DNA of 64,000 nt from Psilocybe cubensis. Taxonomy: Eukaryota. Position 1 is the stretch's first letter, and every line of letters begins with the position of its first letter. The stretch spans positions 2,976,001-3,040,000 of the forward strand of contig CM039006.1 in assembly GCA_017499595.2 (NCBI GenBank), written 5' to 3'. The notes under the pieces were generated by a model that made no database searches, was not told where the DNA came from, and saw only the letters and a program-made list of their open reading frames with translations. Both the position numbers and the translations under genes were made by a program. This document shows positions 10,455 through 23,244 of this stretch, piece after piece.

Positions 10455-12773
10455 TCACTCACCCCTAACAATATTCCCCGCCCCTCCCCGCCCCGTACTC
10501 TGATACACCTCCCCTTCCCCATGCCCATGCCCGTGTCCATGTCCATGCGCAGGCCGCTCGACGGGTGGCTCGTGTGCAGTTGTATAGTTCGCGTTGCCTC
10601 CGCGGCCTGTTGAGTGGCTGTTTAGGTGTGGGTGTAGGTTTTGATTAGATGAGGGAGGGAGGAAGGGGGAGGGGGTGGTTAGTATGTTTTGTTTGTTCGA
10701 ATGAGGAATGAGGAATGAGGGAGGAAGGAAGGAGGAGGGAGGGAGGAGGGAGGAGGAAAGAGAAGAGAAGACGACGCGAAAGACGCAATATACACAAAAT
10801 ACACAAAAGACACAAGACACAAGACACAAGACAGAAGACACAAGACAGAAGAGAGAACGGGAGAGGAGAGGAGATGAGAGAGGATGGGAGCTCCCCAAGG
10901 CAGAGACACCCAACGCCCAACGCCAGCCCGACACGCAAGGACAACGGCACTGCGCATACAGACACTGCGCGCAACGCCCAATGCCACTCCCAACGCACAC
11001 CCCAAACACCAACACCAACACCAACACCAACACCAACACCAACACCAAATACAACTACAATAAAAGCGAACAAAGCGAAAAAAGCGCAAAACCCCCAAAA
11101 GCCCCCCCCCCCCCCCCCCCAAAAAAAAAAAAAAAAAAAAAAAAGAGTATAACAAAAACAAAAACACTCACTAAACACCCCCACCCCCATTATTAGCACT
11201 AGCATGAACACTAGCAAGCGCCCTCCTCCGCTCCTCCTCATCCGCCACTTCCGCGCTCACATGTGCATGTGCATGCGCATGTTCATTCAAAATGTTCCCC
11301 GCGCCGCCTCTTCCCGTGGAGAATTTGCCTGGTCCTGTAGTAGGTGCAGCACCTATACGCCAAGTAGTGTTAGCATTATCATCTCGGAAAAGCCTGCACG
11401 GCGCTACTCCAATCCAATCCAATCCAATCCAATCCAATCCAATCCAATCCAATCCAATGAAAGATGAGAGATGGGAGATGGGAGATGGGAGATGGGATGC
11501 AGGAGTGAAAAGAGAAAGAGAAAGAGAAGAAGAAAGATTTTAGACGTAGACGTAGACACCTACCACTCAAAGGCCTCGTCGGCGAATGCGAATGCGAATG
11601 CGAATGCGAATGCGACGGCGCCGCATCGAGATCGATATCGAGCGCAGAGTGCGGGCCGCGCGAGCGGGATCGGTTGATGTTGCCTATTCCGCCTCTTCCT
11701 GATGATTTCTGGATCGCAAGAGGTGGGTTAGTATATGCACCGTATTCGGAGTAGATGCGAAAGTAGATGCGAAAGTAGATGCGAAAGGAGGAGTGAGATA
11801 TGGGATATGGGATATGGGATATGGGATATGGGATATGGGAAGTGGGATAATACGCCGTGCGACATGCGACATGCGACATGCGACATGCGACATGTCCGAT
11901 GAGGAAAGTGGAACGGAACAACAAAGCGAAAGCGAAAGCGAAAGCAAACCAAAAAAAAAAAACCAAAAAAAAAAAACAAAAAACAAAAAAAAAACCCAAA
12001 AAACGAAGAACGAAGAACGACATACAACAGCAAACTCCTGACTAGCCACATACTCCCTAATGACCTCCTGCTCCGCCGCTTCAGCCTGTGCCGCCTCGCG
12101 GATATCGCGCGGGGTGCGGGATGGCGAGCGGAGGTTGCCTGCGCCGCCTCGGCCTGTTGAGAATACCTGTTTCGCGTTCGAGTTCGCGTTCGCGTTCGAA
12201 TTCAAGTTCGAGTTCGAGTTCAAGTTCAAGTTCGAGGAGAGAAGGGGAAGAGGGAGGGGAAAGGGGAAAGGGGAAAGGGAAAGGGAAAGGGGAAAGGGGT
12301 GATGTCAGCTACACGTCATACACCATCATAAATTCGCAGGACATGAAAGGACAAACCCACCTGAGCACCCCCGCCCCCACCCGCAGCAGCACCATACACA
12401 GGCGCAGGCTCCCTCCCGCGCGTCACGGAGAAATCGTCGGGGCCCGTGGTGGGACGGGCGTCGCGCGAGGCGGAGGCTTGGCGGATGTTGCCGATGCCGC
12501 CGCGGCCGGTGGACTGTTGTTGTTGGCGGTGGTGGTGGAGGGTTGAGGGGTGGTGGAGGTGGTGGTGGTGTGGAGGGGTGGTGGTGGAGAATGGAGGGGT
12601 TGGGGGTGGAGGTGGTTAGTGTGGCGGTGAGCGAGTGGAGGGTTGTGAGGAGGTGAATGGAGGTAGCGGCAAAGAAACACATCAGATAAGCAGAAGCAGA
12701 AGAGAGAGACAGTACGCACAAAAGTCTCACGGCCGCGCGATGTCGAGCGTTCAGCAGCAGCAGCGTCTGTCAT
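10455..12773 (-). CDS. DUF3602-like protein with repeated (S)TGRGGxGN motifs, about 6 exons
   Basis: Exons encode MTDAAAAERSTSRGRETF / STGRGGIGNIRQASASRDARPTTGPDDFSVTRGRE / VFSTGRGGAGNLRSPSR / SSGRGGIGNINRSRSRGP / KFSTGRGGAGNI / HSTGRGGNANY...QSTGRGGAGNIVRGE*. Internal boundaries approximate. Confidence 0.8.
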
Positions 12774-13099
12774 ATTGCGAATCAGCTACCGTTTCTCTTC
12801 TCTTCTTTTCTTTTCGTTATCGTTGGAGGGAGATATAGAATGTCGCGGAAAACAAACAGAAAACAGAAAACGGAAGAAAGGAAAATGGAAAACGGAGAAA
12901 GGAAGAAAAGAAGGGGTTGTTATAAATGTCAGGGGCGCCAGGTCAGGTCAGGTCAGGTCAGGTCCTCAAATCAAGTCAGGGCGCGAAAATGACAAGCAAA
13001 AGCAAAAGAAAAAGGAAAGGGCAGATGACGATCATCGATCATCGCCGCTCCAAACTCGGCGCAGACCAGGCACATCACATCACATTTGCTATTCTTGTC

Positions 13100-14681
13100 T
13101 TTTTCTTTTTTTCCTCTTCTCTTCTCTTGTCGGCAGTGACATGAGAAGGTGTCATGTATGAAGGAATACTGGATCCAGACCAGTCCGGCTAATGCACCTT
13201 GTCTCGGATCTAGACGTGTCCATGTCATCCATCCATGATCCATCCATCCATGGAGAGACGGAAACATAGACACCCGTGTCGTGCGCATGACGCAACATAT
13301 GCCAATGCGGTGCGGTGTGCTGCGCTTGGGACAGGGCGCTTGGGATTTATGCATAACCCATCGGAATCGGAATCGGGGTGGAATGGGTGGAATGGAATGG
13401 GAATAGGATAGGAATGCGAATGCGAATAGGAAAAGAATAGGAATAGGAATGCGAATGGAATAGGATAGGAATAGGAATAGGAAAAGAACACAACGCACAC
13501 AAAAAAAAAAAAAAACGAAAACGCGAAACGCGGAGCTAGTATCGCAGGACTGGACTGGACTGTACGCGTATGGTCGGAGCGGAGGACGAGGATCGGGGAG
13601 GACGAGCCTCCCGCCCATCCCGTTCCTGCGCCTGCCTGCGTCAGTGTCACATCAGGGCGCACCGCACACCGCACCACCCCAGCAAGCCCAAAACCACAGT
13701 AAGCCCCAAACCCCAGTAAGCCCAGCAACACAAAGCAAGAGAACGATAAGCACACCCAAAGATAAACAAAAACAAAACATCACAAAGATAAAGAGAAGAT
13801 AAAGAAAAGATAAAGATAACGAGAGAGAGATAAAGAGAGAGATAGCGTATCTATCTATGATAGATAGCGTATCTATCTATGATAGATAGCGTGTGCTTAT
13901 CTCTTATCTCCCGCCCTGCCCTGTCCTGGCGTATCACGTACCCCTTGATTCTGAACTACCACCACCACCTTCTCCTGCGCTAGTATGCCAGAAAAGCACT
14001 CCGCCTCTATGTCCACGTCCGCGCCTGCGAGAACAGCACCGATGGATTGTGCTGCAGGTACAAGCACAGCTGCAGATCCGGCGTGAACGATGCGACATGC
14101 GACAGGACTGGCACTGACTCGACCCGACGCCCGACGCATCCCCCCCCTCCAAAAAAAGAAAAAAGAAAAAAGAAAAAAACGAACAAACGAACAAACGAAC
14201 AAAAGCACAAAGACCACTCACCGCGATACAAAACGCGCACAACAGAATCCACGCGGTCTCCTAGTTCATCTCCTTCTTCTCCTTCCTCTCCATCCCCATC
14301 CTCCCCATCCCCGTGCCCAACCCCCCCTTGCCCGTGTCCATTCGCCCCATTCCCATTCCCATTCGCGCGCCCCCTCCCGCGCTCTTTACCCTCCTTACCC
14401 TCCTCCCCACCCCCCACAGCGGAAGATCCACCGCCGCTAAGACTCAACGTCCTCCCAAGCCGCGCACCCAACGCGGAAATTTTGCTGCCTAACGATGCAA
14501 CGCGGCTGGATGGAGAGGGGGAGGATGGGCGGCGCGCGTGCTGTTGCTGTTGTGCTGCGACGGGTGGTTGGGTGGGAGAGGGGGAGGGGATAGAGGAAGG
14601 GACGGAGGTGGGGACGGAGGGGGGAGGGACGGGAGAAGGGAGGGGAGCAGGGACGGGCGAGGATGCGATTGTTGTTGACAT
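13100..14681 (-). CDS. Hypothetical protein with Pro/Ser-rich N-terminus, multi-exon; 3' end uncertain
   Basis: ATG at 14681 opens MSTTIASSPVPAP...DSVVRVLYR, followed by a GTGAGT donor. Further protein-like exons at ~14115-13940 (IVHAGSAAVLVPAAQSIGAVL...) and ~13640-13570. Confidence 0.4.
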
Positions 14682-17600
14682 TTTGCGTTGCTGATTTATG
14701 TTGTGGTTTTGAGGTGGTTTATGGTTGCGTTGTGGATGTGTTGGGTGGTTTTGAGGGGGTTTCGTGGTGGTTTTGTGGGGGTTGTAGGTGTGTTGTGTTG
14801 TGTTGTGGTGGTGGTTGTTGTTTGAAGTCAGCGGTGCTGGTGTCGTCGGTGGCGCTCGTGGATGTGCCGAAGTACGGACCGCGCAACGCGCAACGTCTAA
14901 CGTCTAACGTCCAAGGTGAGCTCGAATCACCTCGCGCTCGAGCTCGCGTTCAAGTATACCGACACGCCGGCGCTGACGGTGCTTGTGGTGGCGATGTGGC
15001 GATGTGGCGATGTGGCGATAACTAGCAGAGTCGTCGATCGTCGATCGTCGATGTCTCGTTCAGTGCGTCTCGTGATTCAGATACCACTATATCGCTGTCG
15101 CGGTGCGGTGCGGTGCGGTGCGGTCGTGCTCGCGGTGCGGTGTGCTGGATGTGGACAGCGGACAGTGGACAGTGGACAGTGGACAGTGGACAGTGGACAG
15201 TGGAAGGAAGGAAAAAGAACACCGACACGTTCCCCCGTTCCTCGCGCCTATTCACTACGCAACGCGATTCGCGATTCGTCGTTCTTGCGTGCTAGAACCT
15301 AGAACCCAAGAAAAAGAATTGTCCAAGCCGATCGAGACACAACGCAACGCAACGCAACGCAACGCAACGCAACGTGACGCGGTGGGGAGGCTGAGACTTT
15401 TTATTTTATTCAGTGTTCGCGCTGGTGCAGCGAGTTGGTGCAACGAGTTCGGGGTGGACTGCGGTGTTGTGTGAGCTGGGATGGTGGGCTGCTGTTCGGT
15501 TGGGCAGAAGCAGAAGCGGGCGAAGCAGAAGCGGGACCAAGACTCCAGGAGGATAGGAGAGGAGTGGAGAGGAGAGGAGTGGAGTGGAGAGGAGAGAGAG
15601 AGATGGATGGTCCGATTTTAATATCGCCGCTTTGCTTCCAGTCCTGGTCCAGGGGGTTATGTTATGTTATGTTATGTTCCGTTTCTTGGCTTGTGGGCAA
15701 TAGGCAATATGTGCGTGCGTTCAACCCTGTCCAACCCCCTTTCTTTTTTGGTTTTTTTTGTTTTGGTTTTCGTATTTTTCTTTGGTGTGTTGTGTAACCC
15801 AACCTAACCCAACGCAACCCCCTTTTGATTTTGATTTCTTCGTGTGGTTTGGATTTTAGATTTTGGATTTACGTTTTCGTGGTTCTCCTTTCGTGCGGTG
15901 TGTAACGTGTTAACGTTTCTCTTTTGCTTGTTGTTTGGGTTTGCTAACTTTGCGTGTGGTTTGGGTTGGGTTTGCTTTGTTCTGCGGTCCTTTCCATCGG
16001 TCCTTTTTTCAGCGGTGCTTTTTTCAGCGGTTATGTTTTTCCTGCCCCATTTTCCAGCGGTTGTCGTTTTTGTATGCTTCTTTTTCGTGTTTTCGTGTTT
16101 CCCATTTTCGTGATACCCCATTTTTCGTGTGTTTCCCATTTTCGTGATACCCCATTTTTCGTGTGTTTCCCATTTCGTGTGTTTCCCATTTCGCGTGTTT
16201 CCCTTTTTTTCATGTTTTCCATGTTCGTGTTTCCTATTTTTTCGTTTCCTTGTCTCTTTCTTCCTATCGATTTTGCATCACTGATTTACAGAACCACAGA
16301 ACCACAGAACTATCGAACCACAACCACAGAACTACCGAACCACAACCACAGAACTACAGAACTACCGAACCACAGAACTACCGAACCACAGAACTGCAAA
16401 ATACTAGTATTAGTATCCTCAACACCTACCGTCACAGTCCCCCCTCATTTCCGAGTCACATTCCAGCACCCCCTCCCCCCTCCCCCTCCCCCTTTTACAC
16501 CCGCGAAACAGGAAGCAGTCCGTCTCCGTCTCCGTCTCCGTCACCGGTACCCACAATCCTAATTTCTGGTCCTGCGCCTGCGTGCCTTGTGGTCTAGTTA
16601 TGTCCGTATGTCTTGCTTGGAACTGGGACTGGGACTGGGACTGGGAATCGACTGGGAGTGGGTCTAGGAGTTGACTTCGCGTGCGCAGGGACAGGGACTG
16701 GGACTGGGACTGGGAGTGCGATCGAGACTGGTACTGGGACTCGGCGTGCGGGATTGGGATTCTTGTTCTTGCGACTGAGCCCTGCGGCTGGGAAATTTGG
16801 GACTGTCACTCGGCGGCGAGTGCGATTAAGGCTTAGATTAAGGCTTAGACTAGGACTAGGACTAGGACTAGGACTGCGATTTATCTTGTGATTCAGCCTG
16901 GGCCTGCGAGATTGGGATTGGCATTGAGATTGTGATTGTGATTGGGATTGGAGATTAGGGAATGCGACTCGACAGCGAGTGCGAGTGCGAGTGCGAGTGC
17001 GAGTGCGAGTGAGAGTGCGAAATTGGGTCTGACAAATTGCTAATTCGATCTGGGACTGGTGTCTGGCGATTGCAACTGTGACTCTATGCGATTGCGACTC
17101 TATGGAACTGCAACTGCAACTGCAACTATTCATGCGACTGCAACTGCAATTATGCATGCGATTGCGACTCTACGAGACCTCGACTCCATGAGACTCGGAC
17201 TAAGCCTGCGTCGTGCAATCGCGATATTATGGCTGAGCGCTGAGCCTGCGAGTACGTTCGCATTGTGACTGCGAATTTAGGTCTGCGAGTATGCCTGGGA
17301 CTAACCCTCCCTCTGCGTCTGCGTCTGCGTCTGTGTCTGCCGGTGTGGGTGCGTCTGCGGGTGTGACATTGGTACGGGGACTGGGGACTGGGACTTCTTG
17401 GGACTGAACCAAACCTGGCGTAACAGACCTCAAGCCCAAGCCTCCAGCCTCCAACCACGAGCTTCCGAGCTTCGGAACTCAGCTCGAACTTTGAAGCTAT
17501 AGAACTAGAATATATGGAATGTGGACTTGCTATTTGCTATTTGCTATTTGCTATTTGCGTATGCAACGGTTACGTTACGCTCGCGGTTTTCCGCCATTTT

Positions 17601-18154
17601 TCGCCGTACTCGCCATTTTCAGCATGGTAATTGTTACTCCACTCTACATTCGGGATGTTAAGCCATACTATCATTGACCAGACGTTCGGTTTGACCCGAC
17701 GCATTCGCGATGCTTACTCCATGCATACTCGCTATTCGCGATCTTTCGCGATACTGGTATGAGTATACACCCTAAAAACCATACGCAATACGATACGTGT
17801 TGAAAGCGCGTATAGACACGCGGTATAATCCACTGATGTGGTGCAGTTTTTCGTCATTTCGTGCTTTTGATAATAATAGCTATTTACTTTTCGTCATTTT
17901 TGTGTATTCTCGCTCATGTTCAATTTATCACTGTTTCGACAATGTTCGCGTCGCCTCGGGTTCCTAGTCTGCTTTTGAGCATTCATGCGTATATTTAACA
18001 CCTGACCCTACGTTTCAGGAACGACAACCGAACCCTAAATTTCGTCTTCGCGTTTTTGTGAGATAATTTCGCGCTATGACTCTATAATGGAATCATCTAA
18101 CCCCTCCTGCCCCCCTCACCCCTCACCTGCATACATATCTCCTTACATATAATG

Positions 18155-18832
18155 GGATTATTCTATTCAGAAACCCCAGAAACCCTAGAAACCCCATAGA
18201 AACCCCCAAAATTCATAAAATCGTTATGAATGTTGTGATGAAGGTGTGATGAATGTTCAGAATGCCGTTTCGGCGGATTAGGTAGGAGCTTGTATTCTCA
18301 TGCGGGCCGTTTCAAGTGGCCACTCGGGTGCGTAGGTGCAACTTCGCTCAAAAATGGAAAAAGCAGTAAATTAACAAGTTAAAAGCCTAGAAACCTCTGT
18401 ATAATGTAGCTCTTTGTACCTACCACCACTACTATACTCTCTAGTAATTTTCTTGTATCTTATAGTACTCTGGATGCCCTACCTCGGTGTTCATAAACAT
18501 CAAATATGATATCCCCTCGAATAAATAACCGTTAAACGACTCGAAAGTCCACTGAATGTGTTTGGTGAGTTTCATTGGCACTATGGCTTGCATTAGAAAC
18601 GTTAGCGTAGAGGAATTTAACAATTGAATGTATTTACATGAAGACGATCAACTACTGATTCAAAAGCAATGACGACGGCACGACACGGCAGACCAGAAAA
18701 GCTAGGTCGGACCTTAGACCTCCCATACATGTTCAAGCAGGGGTTTAGAATGTTGCTTCGAGGACTATTCAGAAACCCCTGGGGTTTCTAGGGGTTTCTG
18801 GGGGTTTCTGGGGTTTCTGAATAGAATAATCC
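18155..18832. mobile_element. Non-autonomous TIR element (MITE, Mutator-like), 678 bp
   Basis: TIRs GGATTATTCTATTCAGAAACCCCAGAAACCC... at both ends. Flanking direct repeat CATATAATG at 18146-18154 and 18833-18841. No coding capacity. Confidence 0.85.
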
Positions 18833-21800
18833 CATATAATGCCTACATTCCTAGATATATTCCCGAACGAAAATAAGCAATGGTATTTACTCCAATTTCA
18901 GACGCCATCCAACGTGATCAACGCATCATCCCATGTCATACAGTCATATGTGAGCCTATGTGCTTGATATGTTCTATGACCTACATACCCGCAATGATCC
19001 CGCGTTCTCGTGTTCTCGTGTTCTCATATATCGGACATAGGTATGTTCCTGCATTTCATTCTATTTTCCAATTCCATTCCGCAGACCCTTATTCCTAACT
19101 TATTCTTATTCTCAAGTTAACCTGACTGAGCAGCTGACTCCCGAGTCCCGACGCTTGATATTATTGAACATCTCCCAGCGCCTGAACGACTGAACAACTG
19201 AACAAGCTTTCTATTGCGACTTGGGGGAGAGCAAGCGAGATCCGAGCCGAGCCGCGGTATTATTTCGCCACTTTCGCGCGCCACAAAAGTAGAGCTACAT
19301 ATTTCAAAATCGGAAGTACGTGTGTATGTACTGGAGATTCTGGGGTGGTCACGATGCACCTGTCCATCTACCTATTGAGCATTCATTCATTCATGCTTTC
19401 ATTCATTCGTTTTTTTAGGTCTTCACAATAAATTCTAAAAAAATCACTCATTTCTCTGCACATTGAACCAGGGTCAACAGGGTCCGATGACTGTGTTTGT
19501 GTCCATTATTTTCGTTTCATTTTCACATTCGCATTCGAGGCGAGGTGCTCACGCGTTCATAGGAATAGAATTGAATGGAAGGTTCGGAGGGGGTGTTTAA
19601 TTGCGAATGTCGCGTCATACGACTACCTGTACTCTCTGCGCTATGTCGACTATTTATCGCGCCATTAGGGCCTCTGGAGTCGTATTTCGCTGCACTGTCC
19701 CTCTGAACCCTGTGTGATTCCATTTCCTTTGCGATTCGAAAGTGGTCGAGAGCTGGTTCAACTTCACCAGATGCGATGCCAGTGTCATCTGCATCATCCC
19801 AACCCCGCTTAACGACGCTGGATATTGTCCGAGTCGTGTATGTATATAGCTAATAACCGGGTCTGGCTACATATGACCATCCGCATCCTTCACATAACCT
19901 AAATTATAGTACTACACAAACTACGTACATATTTTCAATCTGACATGCTTCCCTGTCATAATTCATTGACCCTGACCCTGTTCCTGTTATGTTCAACGTT
20001 CGCGGGATTTTGCGGATCGACGCACGGTCTTCTGTTCTTCTGTTCTGCTGCGATTTAATAATAATCATGGTTCATGACGTGATTCGTGTCTTGATTCTAT
20101 TCTTTTCTCGCTTATATTAGTACCTACATATGCTTCTCCTCTTAAACAACTGATAGGCATCCGTCGAGCGTGTCAATTGACAATGGAGTCCCACTGACGC
20201 ATCGCGAGGAGTGGTCACGTTGGACTTGCATTGTAAATTACATGCTTACTATAATTGAATTTGTACACGGTCCAAGGACGTGTAAGCATTACAATTCGCT
20301 ATTTTCCGAGTCCGACTTTCGCCACTTCCCATTTCCCATTGCCATTCGACGACGTCCGTGATTTGCTCTTCTCACTCCACACCCTCATTCTCCGGGCTAG
20401 CCAATGACTTTGACGAGGCTGTGTCGACGCGCCATCTAATCCCTAAATCTTTCGTACAAGCTTCGATCCTATTTTTTCATTCCCGTAGTACGGCGACATC
20501 CGCGATTCAGCTGCTCTTTCTGTCTTTTTAGGTGCTCATTGGCTCAGCAGCCGAGTGACAAGACGCAGCACGGTATCGGTGGAATAAGGAACGATTCTCG
20601 AGCATGTATGTCCATGGAATCCGCTTTGCTCTTTAGTACCGTTCGCGCTGCGCAGTGCACTGTCGATATTTGCTCCTTTGCATTTGATTGCATCCATGTC
20701 TCCCCATAGATTCACATCACCCTTCCCCCACCCTTCGTCGTCGAGCACACGCCTCCTTCAATTCGTCACACAATCTATCCAGTATCCACTATGCGCATTG
20801 CATGCTCCACTAGCCATCCCCGAACAGCACACAGCATCCAAAGAAGCCCTTAACCATAACCCACCCAGCGTTACTGACTAGTCCAAGCCTTACCCCTATA
20901 TCTGGCATCACATTCCATGAATAAAATTGGCCGATAGCGCAGTTTATAGGTCCCGAAGCACGCCATCCCGGGATCCGTGCACCTCCAAGATCGTGTTCCG
21001 AGGTGCGCCAAGTCCCTCCAAGGCTCATCTCAAGGTCATCTAGAGTCACACAAGCATTTCCAATTCCGCGACGTTAGGTGCTTGGGCGGCCTTGGGTGCT
21101 GGCGGAGGCGAGGGCATTGAGGTGGGATTCAACCGTTCAACTGACTTCCGCACTCTTCCACTTCCAGCTCAGCAGCATTCAACGAGTGTCGCCCCGGGAT
21201 TACTCGTTCGCGTTGTCCTCACCTCATGTTTACACTACATCACCGAATACATCCTGTGGATCCAGCTCCCAGTTGCCCGTCCGTGTATTTTGATAGTCGT
21301 GGGTCGCGGGCGTGTTTATGCGCGGGGTGGTTTTCAAACCTCGAATTTACGACTTCCAGTGTTCATTATCGTCACAGCTTGCGGGGGCGTGCTGTCGAGT
21401 AGCTAAATTTAATCTGGAAAAGCTGCCAGAAAGTACTGCGAACACATTCGAGGACGACGCCAGTGAGGGTGTTCTGTGATAGCATCTAGTTGCATTTTCT
21501 GCAACAACTGTCTTTGACTGGTGTTTCTAGAGTGGTCGTAGTTCCCGAATTCCATTCGTCTTGTCCTCGAATTGTGTGAAGTGGATCTCTGTCTCTCCTT
21601 TAACGCCCCCGCTCACTGTTCTTGGTCTGTCTTGGTTGCTATTTGGTCCTCCCACTGTCTTTGTGTCCTCCTTTGGTTGTGGTTGAGCCTTCTTGTAGCA
21701 ATACCACACCTTCGCTTTGTTTGCTTTTCGGGTACTTTTGTCCTGAATGGCGTTTTACACATCCTAGTCTGGAGATTATCTATCAATATGGATATCTGAT

Positions 21801-23244
21801 CATTGGCTAAGTGAAAAATTTCCACTTCGCCAATTTCGCGGTATATTTTTTAAAGAGTTTGAATATGCCTGGTAATCATGGTGAAGGACTCGCAGCAAAG
21901 GTAGGCCTGATCACTGATCCGTGACGCAAAAAGATAAGATAAGATAAGATAACCAACACCGTCAGATCGCCATCCCTAACACCTTGACGATACATGGATG
22001 TCTTCTGATTCTGTATATTACGAATATTCCGCATTGTTGACAGTTGCCTGTAGGTAGTCAGAAGGTTCCTTACAGGATCATGACACACAGTAAAATCAGG
22101 TTAGGCAGTGTTCGTAACCCACGCTGGTCGGACGGGGGTGATGATTGATTGGATACCATTGACAGGTCCACACGCGCGATATATCTCAGGATCTGCATTT
22201 TGCGGGAGTTTATGACGATGTTCTAAACGTAAGATCTTTGATGTACTCTGATTTACGACCACAATCGCTGCTGCCGGTCGTTTGGTCTGTAAGTGTACCC
22301 TTCGTATTTGTAAACGATGTAGGCGGGAACGCGTTGATCTTCTTGGAGTTCAAGAACAATACCTAGCGGTACAACATGGACTTGCACACTGCGGATCATA
22401 TCGTCAGTCATTTCGCTTTCTGGGAAATTAACTGCGTAGATATGTTATCTACAGATGCAAGTCAAACATTGGTATCGATGAGGCCGTTTCACAGAAGCAA
22501 CGGTGTGAAGTATGTCACATCGCCGCGATACTCCACGCATGAAAGAGAATGGGAAAAATTGGGAGGATATATGGAGAGCGGTCATGCTCTTTTGAATCAT
22601 AGCACTACTCTCGGGGAGGCGTCTTCGGTGAGAGATCGAATTAAGAGACGGAATTCATCATGGAAATTTGAAGTGGTTCATCTTGACGGTCGCGGTAGCT
22701 TCATCTCAGGTGCGTTGACCAAGTTGGCGCTTATATTGACAGGGGTTCAAGCTTCAAGCTTCCAGTATACCATCTTGGATGACAGGTGTGCAGTGACGTG
22801 TTGTGTCTCGGTCAATCACATAGCCGATTTCTATCACGGAGGACGTCAGAGTTAATTTACAACCGGTCTGATCTCTTCAGATACATATTGAAGCCTGAAC
22901 AACGATGGGGATATAACTCTGAAAGAATGGCAGTGATACCGAATGAAGGACCATGTATATCATACTTAAGGTGATTCAAGTGGACACAGAATAGGTGTTT
23001 CTGTGTAGACATTTATTCATGGATTTCAAAGATTTAAATAGGTACATGCACGAATGTCAGATTCAGATGCAACCAGAGGTAGTATCTCTATTTGGTCACG
23101 ATACTGCTCCGCTTAGGTTTGTGAAACGTAAAGCTTGAGAAACCCATTAAAGCTTCACGATCGCATTATATTTTTAATAGACAATGCAAAGGACTATAAA
23201 GCAATGTTGTTACGATATGGAGGACGTGCCATATCATCACTGGA

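Larger units (their letters stand above)
10130..17560. repeat. Microsatellite/low-complexity island
   Basis: Dozens of different short tandem units (AATCC, GGATATG, GCGACAT, CACCAA, GGACAGT, CAACG, GCGAGT, GGGACT, poly-A, poly-C) packed almost continuously. Confidence 0.9.

Noticed and set aside
15796-15811. Telomere-like TAACCC motifs
   Set aside because: Only two imperfect units inside low-complexity DNA.
10645-17458. Many dipeptide-repeat ORFs in the SSR island
   Set aside because: Microsatellite translations; only exons with GRGG motifs or splice support were kept.
20536-21400. Protein-like minus-strand fragments (IGQFYSWNVMPDIG..., MLLSWKWK...)
   Set aside because: Many stops and no recognisable family; may be a decayed pseudogene but cannot be supported.
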